A stretch of 64,000 nucleotides of DNA, taken from positions 558,001 to 622,000 of the forward strand of contig CBFFRQ010000053.1 in the NCBI GenBank assembly GCA_965644315.1. Reading direction: 5' to 3'. This document shows positions 58,539-64,000 of the stretch, in pieces. The position numbers were made by a program, and so were the translations under genes. The DNA is from Caecitellus pseudoparvulus (taxonomy: Eukaryota; Protista; Bigyra: Bicosoecida). Below the pieces are notes generated by a model. The model was not told the DNA's origin, searched no databases, and was given only the letters and a program-made list of their open reading frames with translations. Numbering within the stretch: the stretch's first letter is position 1; the number at the start of each line of letters is the position of its first letter.

Positions 58539-61500
58539 ACGTACACCCTCCTGCACTGGCTGCAAGACGAGGTGAAGCTGCCGGGCCCTGTGGACGATCT
58601 GGCAAAGCACTTCAGCAATGGTTACGCCTTCGCTGTGGTGCTGCACAACACCAACCAAATGACGCCAGCAGAGTTCGGCCAGTGTGTGCAGGACGAAAAG
58701 AGCGACTCCAAGATTCAGAACTACTGCCAACTCTTTCCAGTCTTCCGACGGCTGGGCATCAAGTTCGATGCTCGCGTTGCCCAGCAGCTCATGCTGCGCA
58801 AGCCTGGCACCGCCCAGCGTGTGATGTACGAGCTGCGGACGGTATTGGCGCCCCTGTCACGAGTGAGGGTGGAGCGTGACTCGGAGTCCAAGCAACGCTT
58901 GCTGAAGCAGCGCTTGACGACCCGCAAGCCTCAGTACGACGCGGCACAGGCTGCGATATTTGAGCGCAACATCCGCGCCGCTGCTGAGAACCAAAACGCC
59001 GTCTTCCTCGACAAGCACATGGCCAAGTTCAAGCAGCACGTGGACGATCTGTGGGCCAGTCGAGACGCGACACATGCTGCCCGGGTGGGGGCGCACCGCA
59101 GCGCTCTGCGCCAGCAGCGCCAGCAGCGCTTGCACGCACTTCGCACACGGCACATGGTGGTGCATGCTCGGGAGGAGGCAGGTATCCGCGAGTGGCAGCG
59201 CAACCAGGAGATTCGCCTTGCACAAGTCCTGGCAGCGAAGGAGTTTCGGGCGACCAAGGCGGCCAAGGCACGGTCTGCTGCGAGGCGCCGAGTCGCCGAC
59301 GCCCAGCGCGACACCACGTCAGACATTGCGGCGTTCGAGGCGAGGGCTGTGGCACAAGGCGTGCCAGTGATCGGCGCTGAGCCGTTGGACGAAGCCACCC
59401 TGCGTCGCAGCGTGCGCCGGAAGCTGGCGAGCCGAGCACGGACGAGGAAGCCAAGCTCGCCCAGCTGCCGGGCACGACCCTGACGTCTCAGGACACCCTG
59501 CACCTCCGCTTGACCCGCAAACTGGCCACCATCCAGGCGAGGGAGGACAGCGAGCCTTCCCCTGTCATGCAGCGCCTGCAGTCCAGGGGAGGAGGCGGCG
59601 GCGAGGCGCTGGCTGCTCGTGCTGCGCGTCGAAGCGCCTTCCTCGTTGCGTCCCGTGCAAGTCGCACGCGCCTGCACGCCAGGCAACGCCACGCCCAGCT
59701 GAAGGGCCTGCTCATGCACCGGTGTGGCTCGGAGCAGGAGTTGGATGACGTGGTGCTGCGCACACTCAAGTGTGAGCTGGTGTTCCGGCAGAACCGCGCT
59801 TGTCGTGAGGCCGCGGTGGCGGAGCAGGCCAGGCGCGATGCCGACCTGCAGCTGGCCCGCCAGCGCGCTTCGCTGCTACAGCAGCAGAGTGCCTTCGAGG
59901 ACGATGTCACTGCCTCGGCAGACAGGATGGTGGAGGCTGCAGGGGCTCGGCGGCGAGCGCACGTGCACAGGGCGCACGCGATCGCCCTCGCCTGTGTGCA
60001 GGAGCTTGTCGAGGCTGCGCTGGGCTTGGCATGTGCGAGGGAAGCCAGCAACATACGGCTGCTGGAGCAGAGTGCGGGCTCTGCGGCGATGCCGTCCCTG
60101 CGTGTTCCGCGGCAGGGCGAAGAAGAGGGGAAGGAAGCGGAGGGGAAGGAAGAGGGGGGCGGTGTGGCGAAGGCGGATGGGGGAGTGCTTGTGGAGTGTC
60201 CTGGAGGGGTTGACCCGCTGACTGCCATTTTCACGCGGGTTGGCTTCAGGCACGCCGCTGGCATGCACAGCCACACTCAGTGGGCTGCCTCGCAAGCACT
60301 GCCGCTTCCCGACGTGCTGACCAGCCCTGACTTCGACGATGTCGTGTCACCCAAAGCAGGAGGGCGCAAGAGCCCGTCTGGTCGGCGGTCTCGGGCATCA
60401 GACACCGCGGATGATGCTCACACTGAAGTGCTGACTGTTCAGCGGGCTGCTGCAGCGTCGCTTGGCGGCGCTGGCGCGGCCACACTGCCCGCTGACGCGG
60501 CAGCAGATGAAACCAGCCACTCGCAACCCATGCCAGGAGTGCCCATTCCCCCTGGTGTCGTGGTGGCCATGTTGGGCGTGCAGGCCCAGCCTGCAGGCTG
60601 CAGTTCGCACGGCGAGGGCCCCAGTGCGCTGGACGAGGGCCTGCCCAAGGCAAGTGTGGAAGTCAGCGTGGGTGTCGAAGACGACACTTCGGAAGGCGGA
60701 GATGGTAAGGAAGGCGCTGATGCCGGAGCTGTGGAGCGCATCCAGGCGCGTTCGGGCCGTGCAGATAACGTAGAACAGCTGCGCCTGCCTTCTGGAGCAG
60801 GGGAAGGCGGGGCTGTTTCTGTCGGTGGTAGCTTGGAGCAGGCGCCAGCCCAGTCCGGGGCTGGTTCTGCAGAGCTGGTTCCGCAGCAGGCGTCTTGTGG
60901 CATGGCTGACACTGAGGTGAGTCCAGTTGCCATGGAGCTTTTCCAGCACTACGTTGCCAGGCACTTTGTGTGGCCAGCCGACGCCCCCGTGCCAGACGTG
61001 GTGGGCGACGAGGAGGCGGTGGCGGCTGCTCAGGCCCCACTGGAGGCACCCTTCCCGCCTGTGCTGGAGGCGGAGTCCAGCCTTCTGTCGCCAAAGAAGA
61101 GCCCTTCCAGCAAGAAAGGCAAGGCGGACGTTGCCGAGGTGGTCCTCCCGCATCCCGCCCCGCAGCCTGCTCTTGCCGCAGAGCCTCAACTACACGCTGC
61201 ACAGCACCTACTTGGTAGCGTCTTGCAAAAGCTTCGCCGGGCAGCTGGCCCAGAGCCAGCTCTCCCCCCAACGTGCGATGTTCCGCAGTTTCCCTTCACC
61301 GTGGCGCTTGTGGGCCCTCCGGGCTCGGGAGTCAGCACGCAAGCTGGCTTCTTGGCCGCAGCACTGTCCTTGAAGGTGTTGCGTCCCAATGCGCTCATGT
61401 CACAGGCTCTGAGCATGGCAGATGGCAGCCTGTCCACGGAGCAGTGCGACCTCAGTGCACCCCACGCGGAAGCCCTCAAGAGGGTCGGGCAGCACGCACG

Positions 61501-64000
61501 GGCGGCAATGGCAGAGGGCGCAGCTGTGCCGGAGGTGTGCATGGTGCAAGCTGTCTTGTGTGGCATTCGCGACATGGCACGCGCACCAGTGGACCCATCC
61601 CTGGTCTCACTGCCTGCGCACGGCGAACCCCCCCCTCCCAGCGGTGATAGGGCTGACATTGAGCGGCTACATGACACCGTGCCCGCTGCAGCTGCCGCCC
61701 CCATGGAAGATGCCAACGGAGAAGAGCAGAAGTCTGAAGAGCCGGGGCCAGCCAGTGCCAAGCCTCATGCCCGAGAGCAAGCCCACCGAGGGTGGATTTT
61801 GGACGGCTTCCCGCAGACTCTCACTTAGGCAGTGCTGTTGGAAGAAGCCCTGACCTGGCAAGCTCCTGAGCTGGGTCCTGGGCTGCCGGAGCGAGCCCGT
61901 GTGGAGGGCCGGGGGACATGGGATACCAGTACTGCCCGACAGAAGGAACCCACTCAGGAAGATGCTTGGGAAGCGGGCATGGTGCTGCCGGTGCCGCCAC
62001 ACCCTGTTCTCGACGCGAACGCAGATGAGGAGGACGGCCTGCCCAGCCATCGAGCACCCTGACCCGTCTCTGCCCCAGTCCCTCTGCCCAAGCACCCCCA
62101 TGGCGTGAAGCTCCTGATCCGCCTCGTGCTGCCCCCTGAACAAGCCCTACGCAAGGTGCTTGGCGTGCGTGTGGACCCAGCCCGCTTGGTCACTTTGGAA
62201 GCTTCAGATGCTGCAGAAGCAGCTGCTGCGCCAAGGGATGAAGAAGGGTCGCTGCAAGACGTCTTGGATGGTGACGTACCGTCCGCTGGCGCTGCCGTGT
62301 TTGGCCACGAGGGTGTCGACGGCACCGTCCGAGCTGGAGCCCGGGGCTTGAACCCACCCGCAGCTTTGCGGGGAGAGGCCATGAACGTGGTCGTCGGTGC
62401 TGAGCCGCTCCAATCCGTGACAGAAGGCAAAGCTGCGCAGGAAGAGGAAGAGGAAGAGGAGGTGCGCTGCGCCACACCCCAGCGCCGGGCCGAGGCAGGC
62501 GGCCCCTCTTCGAGCACAGCGCCGCGCCAAGGCGTGGTTGGCGCAGAACACCTCGCCGCACAGGAGCAAGCAACAGCCACATTCACCTCCGACGCTTGGA
62601 GCAGTCCCAGCAGTGGACGAGGTGCGCCCAGGCGGAGGTCAGCAGGAGCCCCATGTGCCTCTTCGCAGTGCTGAGTCGCGCAGCCTCGGCTGCTGAGGAA
62701 GACATTGCCGCGCGTGAGGCAGCTCGTGAGCAGGTGTGGAGAGAGACCCTCGCACGCAGGGATGCGGCCTTGGCGGCCGATGCCACAAGCGCTGCCACGG
62801 AGCTCGCCTTCCGCCACGGGGAAGACGTGCATGTGCAAGTTGTCGATGCGTTGGAGGCTCAACAGGCAGAAGCCGCTGCGGCAGCCGCCGCTGCAGCGGC
62901 TTCCAAGAAATCTGGCTCCAAGGGCAAGTCCGATAGTCCAAAGGCAAGTGTGGCAGAAGGCAAGTCTGCAGATGGTGATAGATCCGAGCATGACAGTGCC
63001 CAGGAGGAGGTGTTGACCGCCTCTTCCTTGACTGCAGAGGAAGCTGAGGTGGTTGCGCCAAGTCTGCACGAACCGTATGTGATTGCCCCCGACCTTCCAC
63101 CTGCTCCTTCCTTGGCCCAGGTTCCTCCAGCCTCGCCAACTGCCGAGCCTGCCGTGCATGACACAGCTGAGGACGTGTCCCCCCAACGGGCGGAAGCACA
63201 GGTTGCGGCTCAGGCTGCCCTTGCAGCGCGAGCCGCTGCCCAAGCGTTGGTTGTTACTCCAGCACGCTTCGCAGGGGCTTTGGAAGACTCTGTGCCCCGA
63301 GACAAGGCGCTGGGCCTCCTGGCACAACTCTGGCAGCAGGCAGTTTCACACTACGGGCAAATGCTCAGCAGCAGCTTCCACCGAGCTGCCTTGGAGCAAG
63401 TGGGTGTGCACGCGCGGTTGGGGGAAACGAGCCGTCTTCTGCACCGCTCCTTGCGGCGCCCCGTCCCCGCCTACCAGGCTCTCATGCGCCATGCTCAAGA
63501 CGCAATCAACAGCTTGTCTTGGACTGAGCGCATGGGGCCCTCAGCGGAGGCCTGGTCTCAAGTCCCGTCTGTTGAAGAAGCAGCTTTGCAGGTGTGGGTG
63601 GAGGAGGCTCTGGAAGCCTCGGGTGGCAGCAAAGCTACCGCCTCAAAGTAGGGTAAGGGTGCCGCTGCGCCCGAAGCACAGGAGCCGTCGCCTGAAGCAA
63701 AGGCCGAGAAAGCAGCCTTGCGAGCGGCTGCGACCCGAGCTCAGCTGGCGGAAACGGTGCAGGTTGCCACCTCCTGCATGTTGGCCACTGCCGAAGCCCG
63801 GCGGGAGAGCGCCTTGCACCTGCTGCACGCAAAGGGGGACGACGGGTGGGTGCAGTACGTGCAAGGGGCGCTGGCGTCCCACTTCTGCAGCGCAGTGCAG
63901 GCAGAGGGCGACCGCCTTGTCGCCTCCCGCCTGGTGCTGATGGGGTACATGCGGGCGGCAGACGGGGCGGATGGCTGTGGTATCCTGACCGGTCGCAATG
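58539..64000 (+). pseudogene. SPEF2: Disrupted SPEF2/CPC1-like gene (ciliary central pair), continuing past the right edge
   Basis: N-terminal CH domain LLHWLQDEV..FSNGYAFAVVL..KIQNYCQLFPVFRRLGIKFD..KPGTAQRVMYEL. Adenylate-kinase-like region VALVGPPGSG..GWILDGFPQTLT*AVLLEEAL. Lesions: no in-frame ATG, frameshifts near 59425 and 62594, stops TAG 61826, TGA 62060, TAG 63649. Confidence 0.8.

Noticed and set aside
61826-63651. Stop-codon reassignment (TAG=Gln) or selenocysteine readthrough in SPEF2
   Set aside because: TAG clearly terminates other genes (RAB28 ends CSIM-TAG), the two TAGs seem to replace different residues (Gln, probably Lys), the TGA lies in an unconserved linker, and frameshifts co-occur.

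Overview
Gene-dense, GC-rich eukaryotic (protist) DNA with short GT-AG introns (donors mostly GTGCGT/GTGAGT, acceptors mostly YGCAG/CACAG) and the standard genetic code. A stramenopile-like origin is my inference. About 18 apparently intact genes can be supported: an unknown coiled-coil/helical protein cut by the left edge, a twin-CX9C protein tail-to-tail with COX11, DHX37, a coiled-coil protein, a PPR protein, a ~3,700-aa USP deubiquitinase, a WD40 protein, a 1,999-aa secreted GH43-like protein, RPLP2, a Cid1/URT1-type terminal nucleotidyltransferase, CCDC113, PLPBP, NOL8, RAB28, a PAM2-motif protein and an intronless P-loop ATPase. The most striking signal is at the right end. A SPEF2 (ciliary central-pair) homologue has no in-frame ATG, two frameshifts and three in-frame stops, while ciliary CCDC113 and RAB28 nearby are intact. 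A gene-free zone at 13.0-16.8 kb holds a ~625-bp direct repeat and four copies of an ACCAGG-N4-CCTGGT hairpin. All family calls rest on motif recognition by eye; no searches were run.
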